From assembly GCF_964204645.1 (NCBI RefSeq), contig NC_134036.1, forward strand, positions 2,480,001-2,544,000: a stretch of 64,000 nt of DNA. The letters run 5' to 3'. Below are positions 1 to 11,193 of the stretch, piece after piece. The notes below the pieces were generated by a model, which worked only from the letters and a program-made list of their open reading frames with translations, did no database searches and was not told the DNA's origin. Source of the stretch: Tubulanus polymorphus (Eukaryota > Animalia > Nemertea). A program made the position numbers and the translations under genes. Every line of letters begins with the position of its first letter. The stretch's first letter is position 1.

Positions 1-678
1 CTCCGTATGATCGCGGCTAAACATTAGATAAAATGCCTAACTTTTGGGTGTTATAGGTTCGAACCCAGTTATTACTGAACCAGGTTTCTTTAACAGGACA
101 GAATATTTTTTTATCTTAAAATAAGAATTGACTCCGTTATCTATTTGATTGGTAAATTCCGTTTGATTTTCGATCTTGGTGTCCCTTACAAACCCACCAC
201 ACCTGCCGGTATCGGAACAGGGGGTTTGTTATCGGCCCCGAATGACCACACAAACTGTGAACTGAGAACTCTCGTATTCATGTGTGTGCTTTGTGTGAAA
301 GCGATACGCGATTATTTCAGTAAAATATTCCAGAAAGATTCACTTCTATACATACATGTATATGAATAGAGAATATTTAGGACCGAAGGCTTAACAAAAC
401 TTTATCTAATAAGATATGAGAATTAGATTGAATTCACTCCTCTCCGACCGATGTAGAACACATTTATTCAAATGTTCCACTATGGTCTATAAGCTGAACT
501 GCATTCAACAGAGATGAAATAATGATAACTTGGTGAAACTTGACTTGATTGGTCGGATATACTCGGCAGGAGTCTGATGTAACAAGGGGTCAATTTACTT
601 CAATTTATCATTTAACAGATCGTTCAACATGATTCGTACAATAGAACGCTAACCATAGACTTATTACAGCGGCCGAAA

Positions 679-1740
679 ATGTTCACTCCTAGTGACAATA
701 CGACAAGTCACCCGGTCCCACAGCTCAGCTGGTGTCAGAGAGTCCAAACTCATCCGATTAGATTTAAGTTCAGTTTCAACATTAAAATGTATTTGGGATG
801 TTATCTACCGGCGTCAGTACTAGGTATAACATTCAACGCATTCACGTTATTAGTTCTAAAACGGTTTAAATCTGATGTTTATTTTCTCATCAAAATTCTC
901 GCTATAAACGATCTGTTGTTTATGGTCGCTACATTCATTCTTTATCCGCTGAGAACTGCGTACATTTACGCCGTTTTGGGAGATATTTTGTTCCGCGCAG
1001 ATGATTGGAATCTCGGGTGGATTTTTATTTCAATATCTTTGCCGTTTTTCTATATATTTCAGACGACTCGTAACTGGTGCACTGTACTGCTCAGTCTAGA
1101 GCGGTTAATCGTCGTATTGTTTCCAATAAAATCTCGTAGAATTCCCAGAAAGCAGATCTCACAGGGCGCAATGTTATTTATTGCATTTTTGGGTTTTTGT
1201 GGTCATTTAGGTCAATTTATACCCCGCAGATATTTTGGATTCATGAACTGTCCAGACTATTGGCCTTATATCACATTACGGCGTGGACAGATCCGGTACA
1301 ATTTTAACATAGGATTCTGGATTTATTCAGTTTCTGAGCGGACTTTTTTCTTATATCTTACTGTCACGTTTCCTCTGTTCATTTTGGTTTTCATCAATGT
1401 TATTCTTATTTCGGCGACATTTTACCGTCGGGTTGCTCGACGTTCAGAGCTCGGTGTAACTGATGAATCGTCTAGAAGGGAAATGAGGGTTTTAAGGATG
1501 GTTTTATCAGTGGTTTTATTGTTTATTATTTGCGAAGGTTTGGGCTTTGTGGATCGTCAGCGAAAGTGGTTCCCCTTAGAAAATATCGGTTTTTCTTTTA
1601 GAATAATCGCATTGGCATTTTCTATTGTTGATTCGTCAGTAAATTTCATTATATATTGTGTGACAAATGAAAAATTCAGAAAATCGTCCGTTGACATTCT
1701 CAGTAAAGCTTGTTCTAGAAAAGGTTCTTGTTTTCGATGA
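679..1740 (+). CDS. Class A (rhodopsin-like) GPCR, FMRFamide/peptide-receptor-like (Srw-like), copy 1; single coding exon, 353 aa
   Basis: Seven hydrophobic segments; TM1 GxxxN (GITFN), TM2 LAxxD (LAINDLL), TM3 ERL (DRY variant), TM7 NFIIY (NPxxY variant), helix 8 NEKFR. Candidate splice acceptor tttaacag ending at 618 suggests a 5' UTR intron. Confidence 0.9.
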   Translation: MFTPSDNTTSHPVPQLSWCQRVQTHPIRFKFSFNIKMYLGCYLPASVLGITFNAFTLLVLKRFKSDVYFLIKILAINDLLFMVATFILYPLRTAYIYAVLGDILFRADDWNLGWIFISISLPFFYIFQTTRNWCTVLLSLERLIVVLFPIKSRRIPRKQISQGAMLFIAFLGFCGHLGQFIPRRYFGFMNCPDYWPYITLRRGQIRYNFNIGFWIYSVSERTFFLYLTVTFPLFILVFINVILISATFYRRVARRSELGVTDESSRREMRVLRMVLSVVLLFIICEGLGFVDRQRKWFPLENIGFSFRIIALAFSIVDSSVNFIIYCVTNEKFRKSSVDILSKACSRKGSCFR

Positions 1741-3319
1741 ACAGGTGGCGTGAGTTGAGATGAGACAATTCTACTGTGGAACTCGCTCCGGATTTTCGAA
1801 GAAAAACCCACAATTAAATTAAAAAAGAAAATCTCGAAGAGAATCTAATACAGAGGTATCAAAACTTTCCGAACATTTCTCAAACTGGAAAAGAAAGGAT
1901 AAAAAGGACGATGTTTTCACAACAGATGAATTCATAAAACTGACATCAAAACTGGGGTTAGTTTTTTTGCAAAATAGGTTAATCTGCATTCCTTCTCCGT
2001 TCGAATTGTCAGGTTGTAAAAATGCTACAGCAAATCACCCGCCCCAATAACAAAGCCTTGTAAGTTGATCAAGTGTTATCTTAATACATTAGGTCGGTAG
2101 TAAAATGTTACATCGACTCAACAACCTACATAGTCTAAGGCTGGACATATTCGTAAACGAGAAATCGGTATGCCGTAGGTCGTGGTCGATATGATGCTTA
2201 TATTATTGTTATAAGTTACCCTCCTGGTATGGAGGGCTTCAAAAATCAGTCCATAGACTCATTGGTTGTTCCTCTCCACGGAAATCTTTAGTCAAAGGCG
2301 AAAGATTTAAACGCGGTTGAAGAGAAACCTGAGTACCTGTACCCTGAGTCCTCGAGGTATTTATACCCCGAAACCATTGCCTTTACACCATGCCTTTTAC
2401 TTTCGACAAAATTCAGATTCTTTTCCGCCACAAAATCGCTCTTTTAGTCAGAAGGTTCCGCAGATTTCAGTCGGAATTTTATCCAAATTCATATTACATT
2501 TAATAAGATCAATCAACAAGCAATGATGCTTCAGTTACAAATATATGATTATATTCATAATAATGGTATCTCGTGTCCGTGAGTGCTCGGTAAATTCCGT
2601 CAATCTCCGACTAGGTGCACGACTCACACTCGGCACCCTCTAATTTGACTCGGACCAAATCGTCTCCGTATGATGGCGGCTAAACATTAGATAAACTGCT
2701 TAACTTTGGTGTGTCATAGATTCGAACCCAGTTATTACTGAACTAGGTTTCTTTAACAGCACAGAATATTTGTAATCTTAAAATAAGGATTGACCCCGTT
2801 ATTATATTTGATTGGTAGATTCCGTTTGATATTTCGATTGGGTGTCCGTTACAAACCCACCACACCTGCCGGTATCGGAACAGGGGGTTTGTTATCGGCC
2901 CTGAATGACCACACAAACTGTGAACTGAGAACTCTCTTATTCATGTGTGTGGTTTGTGTGAAAGCGATGCGCGATTATTTCAGTAAAATATTCCAGAAAG
3001 TTTCACCTATATCTACATAAATATGTATGAATAGAGAAAGAATTTAGGACCGAAGGCTTAAAATTAGATTCAATTCACTCCTCTCCGACCGATGTAGAAC
3101 ACTTCTATTCAAATGTCCCGCGATGGTTTATAAGCTGAACTGCATTCAACAGAGATAAAATAATGATAACTTGGTGAAACTTGACTTGATTGGTCGGATA
3201 TACTCGGCAGGAGTCTGATGTAACCAGGGTTCAATTTACTTCAATTTATCATTTAACAGATCGTTCAACATGATTCGTACAATAGAACGCTAACCAGAGA
3301 CTTATTACAGCGGCCGAAA

Positions 3320-4381
3320 ATGTTCACTCCTAGCGACAATACGACAAGTCACCCGGTCCTGCAGCTCAGCTGGTGTCAGAGAGTCCAAACTCATCCGATT
3401 AGATTTAAGTTCAGTTTCAACATTAAAATGTATTTGGGATGTTATCTACCGGCGTCAGTACTAGGTATAACATTCAACGCATTCACGTTATTAGTTCTAA
3501 AACGGTTTAAATCTGATGTTTATTTTCTCATCAAAATTCTCGCTATAAACGATCTGTTGTTTATGGTCGCTACATTCATTCTTTATCCGCTGAGAACTGC
3601 GTACATTTACGCCGTTTTGGGAGATATTTTGTTCCGCGCAGATGATTGGAATCTCGGGTGGATTTTTATTTCAATATCTTTGCCGTTTTTCTATATATTT
3701 CAGACGACTCGTAACTGGTGCACTGTACTGCTCAGTCTAGAGCGGTTAATCGTCGTATTGTTTCCAATAAAATCTCGTAGAATTCCCAGAAAGCAGATCT
3801 CACAGGGCGCAATGTTATTTATTGCATTTTTGGGTTTTTGTGGTCATTTAGGTCAATTTATACCCCGCAGATATTTTGGATTCATGAACTGTCCTGACTA
3901 TTGGCCTTATATCACATTACGGCGTGGACAGATCCGGTACAATTTTAACATAGGATTCTGGATTTATTCAGTTTCTGAGCGGACTTTTTTCTTATATCTT
4001 ACTGTCACGTTTCCTCTGTTCATTTTGGTTTTCATCAATGTTATTCTTATTTCGGCGACATTTTACCGTCGGGTTACTCGACGTTCACAGCTCGGTGTAA
4101 CTGATGAATCGTCTAGAAGGGAAATGAGGGTTTTAAGGATGGTTTTATCAGTTGTTTTATTGTTTATTATTTGCGAAGGTTTGGGCTTTGTGGATCGTCA
4201 GCGAAAGTGGTTCCCCTTAGAAAATATCGGTTTTTCTTTTAGAATAATCGCATTGGCATTTTCTATTGTTGATTCGTCAGTAAACTTCATCATATATTGT
4301 GTGACAAATGAAAAATTCAGAAAATCGTCCGTTGACATTCTCAGTAAAGCTTGTTCTAGAAAAGGTTCTTGTTTTCGATGA
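3320..4381 (+). CDS. Class A GPCR, copy 2 (tandem duplicate of 679-1740), 353 aa
   Basis: Same motifs as copy 1; only 3 aa differences (PVPQL/PVLQL, RVARRSEL/RVTRRSQL). Confidence 0.9.
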   Translation: MFTPSDNTTSHPVLQLSWCQRVQTHPIRFKFSFNIKMYLGCYLPASVLGITFNAFTLLVLKRFKSDVYFLIKILAINDLLFMVATFILYPLRTAYIYAVLGDILFRADDWNLGWIFISISLPFFYIFQTTRNWCTVLLSLERLIVVLFPIKSRRIPRKQISQGAMLFIAFLGFCGHLGQFIPRRYFGFMNCPDYWPYITLRRGQIRYNFNIGFWIYSVSERTFFLYLTVTFPLFILVFINVILISATFYRRVTRRSQLGVTDESSRREMRVLRMVLSVVLLFIICEGLGFVDRQRKWFPLENIGFSFRIIALAFSIVDSSVNFIIYCVTNEKFRKSSVDILSKACSRKGSCFR

Positions 4382-5074
4382 ACAGGTGGCGTGAGTTGAG
4401 ATGAGACAATTCTACTGTGGAACTCGCTCCGGATTTTCGAAGAAAAACCCACAATTAAATTAAAAAAGAAAATCTCGAAAGTCCTCGAGGTATTTATACC
4501 CCGAAACCATTGCCTTTAAACACGGTGTTTAACTGTCGAGTAATATAGATTTTTTTCTGCTACAAAATCGGTCTTTTAGCCAGAAGTTTCCACAGATTTC
4601 ACTCGAAATTTTATCCAAATTTGTATTACACTTAATTAGATCAATCAACAAGCAATGGTGCTCAAGTTACAAATATATGATTATATTTATGATGATGGTA
4701 TCTCGTTTTCCGTGAGCACTCGGTAAATTCCGTAAATCCCCGACTAGGTGGACGACTCACACTCGGCACACGTGAGTTGTGACACCTGCGACCCCCGCGT
4801 GAGCGCAACACTCCAGAGCGGCTTCTATCTTCAGGCGCGTTTTAAATCTATATTCTGTTTCAAAGGCCGACTTCGAGTATAAAAGGCTCATCATCTGTCA
4901 GACATGGCAGTATCTCTGAAGCCAGTCAAGAGCTCTAGCGATTGAAACTGGTATTTCTCTGATATCTCCGTCCGATTTGGACCCTCCATTTTGTCAGGGA
5001 TATGTGTAAACTAGTTATAGCACGAGAGGCCATGGACACTACCGCATTGAAATGCACGAATTATCTTGGTTGGC

Positions 5075-5495
5075 AAAATAGAAAAGGGCACTAAAAAAAT
5101 TTGACTTGTACAAGTCTCACAGGTCTACCTGGATCCCCCTCCCCCGAGCTCAAGGAAACATTTTCAGACTTTATGTCATTTTTCCGTTTTCATTGTGGGA
5201 TTCTCAACATATACATGTCCTGGTACAAAATTCTTATCACTGAAACACTCAGCCATGCCAACCTGTTACCTCGAGCCAATATTGTCTTTGTAGGTGAAAA
5301 TAGAAAAGGGCACAAAACAATTGACGGAATCCCCCTCGATCCGCCCCTGAGCCCAAGGAAACATTTTCAGATTGTTCATCATTTTTGCGTTATCATCTCG
5401 AGATTCTATCCTTTGACCTGGAACTAAACTCTATAAAACGCCCATCTCTTATTAGTAATACACTCAGCAGAGTCAACCTGTTACCTCGAGTCAGT
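5075..5495. repeat. Degenerate ~220-bp tandem duplicate containing a MITE end (aaaagggcac...gatccgcccctg)
   Basis: aaaatagaaaagggcac at ~5076 and ~5297; caaggaaacattttcaga and acactcagc..caacctgttacctcgag each occur twice. Confidence 0.55.
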
Positions 5496-6212
5496 TCGGT
5501 GATTACCACTGTACAACAACTGTGACAAGTCACAAAATTTATCTATTTTCTTCTATTCGTCTATCACCGCGCGCGTGTGCGCACCTTTTGTCTTTTGTCT
5601 TTTTTTCTGTTCTGAAACTATGAAGACGTGGCATGCCGTTTTGTCGCGCACCTGTCGGTCGTGTGTCTCTATATCAGTGTAGCGCTTGTGTGTGCCTAAT
5701 TCTACCTGGTACGAAATAGGTGAATTTTCTCGGATTAACACGGATTAAAGGATTAAAGGAATATTTCAGTGTCGATCTTGCGCGCGCCGGAGTGGGGAAT
5801 TATATCCGGAATTTACATTTACTCGCGTTCACTTCTTTTTTTATCGGAGAGAAAATAACGTCAGCGAATTGCGCGGTAAAAAAAAAATCGATAACCAAAT
5901 TTGAGATTTTGAGATTTTCGTCGATACATACCGACCCAATTTTGAGATTGGTGAACAACATACTTTGATAAGTTTTTTCTGTAAGCCAGAACTGTTTCAA
6001 TCCAACCCAATAAAAGCGTTGGTGATCTAAAAGATAACTTTTGGTGTCATAGGAATGAGGACAATTCAAATCTAATTTCGAAAGATTTTGAGATAATTGT
6101 TTATGATCATTGGGATCGACAACAATTTCGCTGCGAAAAGAGGTTTATTTTGACGGGAGCACAATTTTAACGAGTTTGATTTTTTCGTTGATATCATAAA
6201 CTCTGTCGCAAC

Positions 6213-7448
6213 ATGTTCGGTTTCTCGCGAGTAATCGCCTTGATGATTTTGTCGTCGTCTTGCTGTTCTCTGATTGGCTGCGTGCCGATAAAACCGGAAA
6301 ATATGGAAGATTATGAATACTATTATTACTACGGACCTGTGGACGAGTCGAAACCCGATACGACGGGGGACGCAGGTAATACAAGTGGCGCCACCACAGG
6401 AGCAACCGATCAACTTGATGTTGTCACCTTGAAATCGGACGATGCCAATGCCGGGGATAGCGGAGGACTCTTCGGTAAAATTTTCTCCTGGAACTCGGAC
6501 GAACAAGGCGCCGGAACCGGGGACGGACAACCGACGGATGCAGACAAGAGCACCGATACCGCAGCGCCACCTACAACTCAACCCGCAGTTGATTTAGCCG
6601 ATTCGAGCTTTGTACAACCACCTGTGGCAACGCAGGACACGAAGACGGTGCCAGGTGACGCTACTAAAGATGCGACGCGAGAGGGCGCTGCCGGTAAAGC
6701 AACAGATGGCGCCACTGGTGGCAGAAAACCATCTGAGTCAAAGACGATCGATAAAGATGGAAAAAAGATGAAAAAAGTAAAGAAACTGAGAAGAAAAGAC
6801 AAAGCTCCCCCTCGTGGTGGTGATCTGAAGTTCGGAGCGGTAGCACCCCCTGGTGGACAGCAACCACAAATGATGCAACCACCGAATCAAATGAACCAAG
6901 GTCAATTCGTACCCCAAAGTCAACCGGGAATACCTCCTCAAGGCCAGTTCGTGCCACAAGGGCAGCCGGGTCAAGGTCAGTTCATGCCACATCAAGGCGT
7001 ACCACAGACTGGTCCACAGGGACAAGGGCAATTTATGCCACAAGGTCATCCTGGGCAAGGTCACATGCAGCCGCCTGGCCAAGGTCAGTTCGGACAACAA
7101 CAGCATCCGGGTGCTCAACAAGGTCATGGTCAATTCGTGCCGAACCAAGGTCAATTCGCTCAACCACAAGGTCATCCTGGCCAAGGGGGTCAACCCGGAC
7201 ATATGCCAAACCCGCAACAGGATCAGCACGCAGAGGCGCCATCTACCGGATATGATACAGCACAGACGCACGACGATGACGATGATGCAGACGATGCGTC
7301 GACCTCTTCTTCGCCTCATTTTACTGATCACCCTCCACCTCCTCCACCTCCTCCTCATTATCAAAATCCACAATTCCACCAACAAAACATTCCACATCAG
7401 CCACCTCCACCACCACCTCATCATCAGCAGCAGCAGCAACAACACCAG

Positions 7449-7483
<35 letters not shown>

Positions 7484-10274
7484 CCAGCAGCAGCAACAGC
7501 ACTTTCAACAGAATCCACCTCAATATTTCCAACCTCCACATCCACCCATGTACTTCAACAATCCACCTTCGCCACAATACCCGAACTATCAACAGTACTT
7601 CTTCCCGGAGGGAGTATTCTACAACGCGCCACCTGTCGGCGAAAGACGGCCGTCACGTGAGGTGTACAGTCAACTGAAGAAGAGACGAAACCCGCGTAAA
7701 CAAGTCGTTTTCGAGGATCTGTTCATTCCGGATCGCTGTTACGTCAAAAGCAAACTCGGTGACGTATTACGCATACGATTCAATACGACTTTAGAGAACG
7801 GTACAGAAGTGGACAGTAGGTAAGTGTCAATCAAACGCTCGCCCCTCCCCTCACCATCCCCGTCCCCGCCCATTTCTTAAACATATACCTTAATATGCTG
7901 CTGGTTAAAAGCCGTCCATTTCTCAAACGAAATGCATCAACCTCAACTGGCATCTCCAGCCGTAGCAAAGTCAAAAACTAACCCCTTTTTTCGCTTCTAT
8001 TCGGTCTACAAAGGGTCGAAAATATGGTAGACATTGGGTTCCTAATACGCAGAGCATCTTGATTCAAATTATGCTCAAAAGGTGTCAGCAAAGTAGCAAG
8101 TTTAGGCAATGTTCTGCAGTTTCCCGTCCCCGCCACTATCCAACTCTCTTCCCAATGATATGACCTCCATTTTCAATTCAATCGGCATCCTCCAAATTCT
8201 GCTCCACTTCTTAAACATTTGACTCATCAGTGATGTCGGTTTTTCTATATTCTATCTTACAGATACGGCACCGACAGACCGCTGGAGTTGAGGACCGGGT
8301 ATCGGTTAGTTTTACCCGGCATGGAGAAAGGTGTGATGAACATGTGTCCAGGACAAACCCGAGCCGTGATCATTCCGCCATCACTAGCGTTCGGAAACGA
8401 GGAAGGACTAAGTACGTACTTTGAGAGCCTGAGAACTTTCCGGAGTTATCGTGAAAAAGTTTAAGCTTGAATCGCTTAAGTTTGGATTTGATCCCTCGTT
8501 GAAATAATAGAAGTTACCAATTGCTGGGCTTAACCTTTTCATGAAGCCGAGCCAAAATTACAGGATGCCTGGGTCTGGAAACCAGACAGATAAAATCTTT
8601 TCAACAAAGTGGAACAATGCTTAAGCGATTCAAAGTTATCTTTTATGTCGACCAATTTTTTTTCAAGCTTTCGTTCAAAATAAAATGCGAAAAATATTCG
8701 AAATCCTTTCAAGATAAAAGAACGTTAATCCTAGTGATCAATTTTGAAATCTCAATTTTATAATCTCAATTTCACGCGTGAAATATCAAATTGAATTTCC
8801 AACTCACGTGTGGATTAATTTTCGTCTGTCAATATTTAACTTTCCTGTGTTTGTCCTTCTTCGTCGCGTTTGGATTTTGTTATTAGAAGATTTAAAAAGT
8901 TCGTAATCGGAAAATTCCAAGAAATAGAAGACCACGAAAAAGTAAGATAAAATTATTTTGTTATCTTTTTTTGTTCCTGCAGACGGGAAAGTACCTCGCA
9001 ACTCAACTCTCGTCTTCATCGTCGAACTGTTGGAGATCGTTCCGCCAAAAGAGGGCGTTAGAAACGTTTTCAAGATGATCGACGCCAATAACGATAATAG
9101 GCTCACGTGGGCTGAGGTGAGTTTGACTTTTCAGGCGCGGATTCAGACGGTAGCACTGTAGGCGTGTGCTACCGTCGCGAAAATCTCGTGCTTTTTTCCA
9201 TTTTTTTACAAGACGAGGCAGATAATTTTAACCAAAAAAAAACACATGATTCTTCAAGATTTTGGCTTTATTACCTGGGGCCAGTTGCTCAAAGGTTGGT
9301 TAAAGATAACCGGCCGTTAAATACCATAGTAACAATGAAATTTCAATTGTCACCATATCAACTATCCACTGGTTAACTCTAACCAACCTTTGAGCAACTG
9401 GCCTCTGGAAACTACATCTCGATGCAGTTAATTTGCTAGAAAGCACTTCGCGTCAGGACTTTAATTGCTTGGAAATTGCAGCAAAGCAGATTTTTCACAA
9501 TACCCATTTTGTATCAAAATGCCCTTTTTATAAGTTGTGCTACAGTGGTCCCTGGACCCACCCCTGCTTCTGCCTCTTTCTCGGACCTTGTAAAATTCTA
9601 CCCACATTGGATCAGCTTCACCGAGAACCTTAGTGTCTGATGTACCACAATTTGGTTCACTGAGCGACGGAGATCTCTGTGGCGACAACCACTGCCAGGA
9701 CTAGGTGAAGGGTAACCGGCAGGGCCTGGTTAACCGTCAGTGTTGTCGGAACTTGGTCCAAAGCTCTTACCAGGAGGCCTGTCAAAATTCTACACTCCAG
9801 AAGAACAAATGGTTTTACATTCACTATAGTTCTTCGGATTGCCTGTGATAGTGAATCTCTATGGTTCCAGTTTTAGAAATATATGTCACTATTTCATTTT
9901 GATATCACTTTTGAATAGGACCTTCCATAAGAAAACATTGCACGCACTGATTTATAGAACCATAAAACTCTACATGCAGCTCTAGTTTATGGATTTGAAT
10001 TAAAGGTGTTTTGTGAAGATGACTTGGCCAAATGAGAGCAGTCTCGTACGTCCCTGAAGATCAAATTTTTATTCTTTGTTTCCCCATTTTTTAGGTGTCC
10101 GACTACTTCTTATTCGTGAAGCGAAGGCAAGGTTTGGACCACGTCGAGGGCGGCATCGACTACGACGAACACAGACACTTGGTTAACAGCGTGTTCGAAA
10201 ACGAAGACAGAAATCGTGATGGTTTAATTTCGTTTACCGAATTTCGCGGCCCGAAATGGCACGACGAACTGTGA
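6213..10274 (+). CDS. ER-resident FKBP-type peptidyl-prolyl isomerase (FKBP7/FKBP14-like) with long low-complexity N-terminal insert; 4 exons, ~689 aa
   Basis: Exons 6213-7819, 8263-8411, 8983-9116, 10095-10274 join in frame at GT-AG. Signal peptide (MFGFSRVIALMILSSSCCSLIGC); FKBP domain (GDVLRIRFNTTLENGTEVDS...MCPGQTRAVIIPPSLAFG...STLVFIVELL); EF-hands DANNDNRLTWAE and DRNRDGLISFTE; C-terminal HDEL. Confidence 0.9.
9278..9404. mobile_element. 127-bp PIF/Harbinger-like MITE (family A), FKBP intron 3
   Basis: TIR ggccagttgctcaaaggttggtta / taaccaacctttgagcaactggcc; CTG on both flanks; equal-length copies at 16493-16619 and 41386-41512. Confidence 0.8.
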
Positions 10275-10900
10275 AAAAGAAATAGAAGTGTTATCCTTCC
10301 GCGCGAACCTTTCCCGATCTCGAATAGTGACGAGCGGTTCTGCTGTAGTTACAGCTGGGCCCAGTTTTACAACTAAAACAAAAAAGAAACAAAGCTGTAA
10401 AGATTGTCAATGTTCCTAGACAAATAATCAAATCGTAAATGAAATGTTGAAATAGTCAGCTTGCCAAGAGAAAAATAGTTATTGCGTTCTTAGAGAAAAT
10501 TTCAATCAAAACTGAAAGGTTGAAGTACCGGTAGTCATCGCTGAGAGAAATGAAACGAAGGTTAAAAATTGGTGGAACACTATTCTCTCCTAACCAAGGC
10601 CTAATTGATTCGATCAATGTTAACATAGAAGAAGGTTGTCATCCACGAGTTAGTTTCGGGTCGTGAGAAAGTTGTCGAATATTTTGTGAGACTGGGCTTA
10701 GCTGAAAGCAGCATTTAAATCTAGGTGTAAATATAATAGGGCAGTTTTAAAAAGAAATAGTATTTCACTTAATTTTCTGTGTCTTTTTGTTTGTTTAATG
10801 AATAAATAAAAAGTCATGATTTTACATCCTGCGATTGTGTTTACAGTAATTTAATAAACTTCACCGAGTCCAACGGTGGACACTATTTTATATTTACAGT

Positions 10901-11193
10901 GGAGTAGTGTGACTTAGTGGTAGAGTGCTCGCCCCCCAATCGGGAGGTTGTGTGTTCGAACCCCGGCTGTGCTGTAGTGTCCTTAGGCAAGGCATTAATT
11001 CACAATTGCTACTGGCTGACGACGCCTAGATCGCTCTGCAGCCTATCGGTGTTGCATCTCCCCAGGGAGAGTAAGAATGTACTGGATTGGTAACAGAAGC
11101 TGGGTAATAATTGAGTGACAGCGCTTTGAGCATTCATTGGAAAGGCGCCATATAAGCACTAATTATTATCATTATTATTATTATTATTATTAA
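10901..11193 (+). mobile_element. tRNA-derived SINE with CORE-like body and L2-like tail
   Basis: A box TGACTTAGTGG, B box GTTCGAACCC, body gtgtccttaggcaaggcatt, tail agcgctttgag..aaaggcgccatataa, (TTA)n end, and 6-bp TSD tacagt (10895-10900 / 11194-11199). Confidence 0.8.

Larger units (their letters stand above)
1..4768 (+). repeat. Tandem segmental duplication (~2.6 kb unit) containing the GPCR
   Basis: Position 1 ctccgtatga..gcggctaaacattagata matches 2664; CDS offset is 2641; the unit end actcacactcggcac occurs at ~2637 and ~4768; copy 2 lacks 1839-2346 of copy 1. Confidence 0.9.

Noticed and set aside
145-369. Short ORF repeated upstream of both GPCRs (also 2790-3020)
   Set aside because: Non-ATG starts, different ends in the two copies, and overlap with a dispersed repeat.
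6072-7677. Overlapping antisense and alternative-frame ORFs (e.g. 6738-7592 minus, 7111-7677 plus)
   Set aside because: Shadows of the low-complexity FKBP exon 1; poly-L/S/A translations of CAG repeats.
10901-10975. Possible tRNA gene
   Set aside because: No proper acceptor stem or poly-T terminator; it continues into a SINE body and tail with a TSD.
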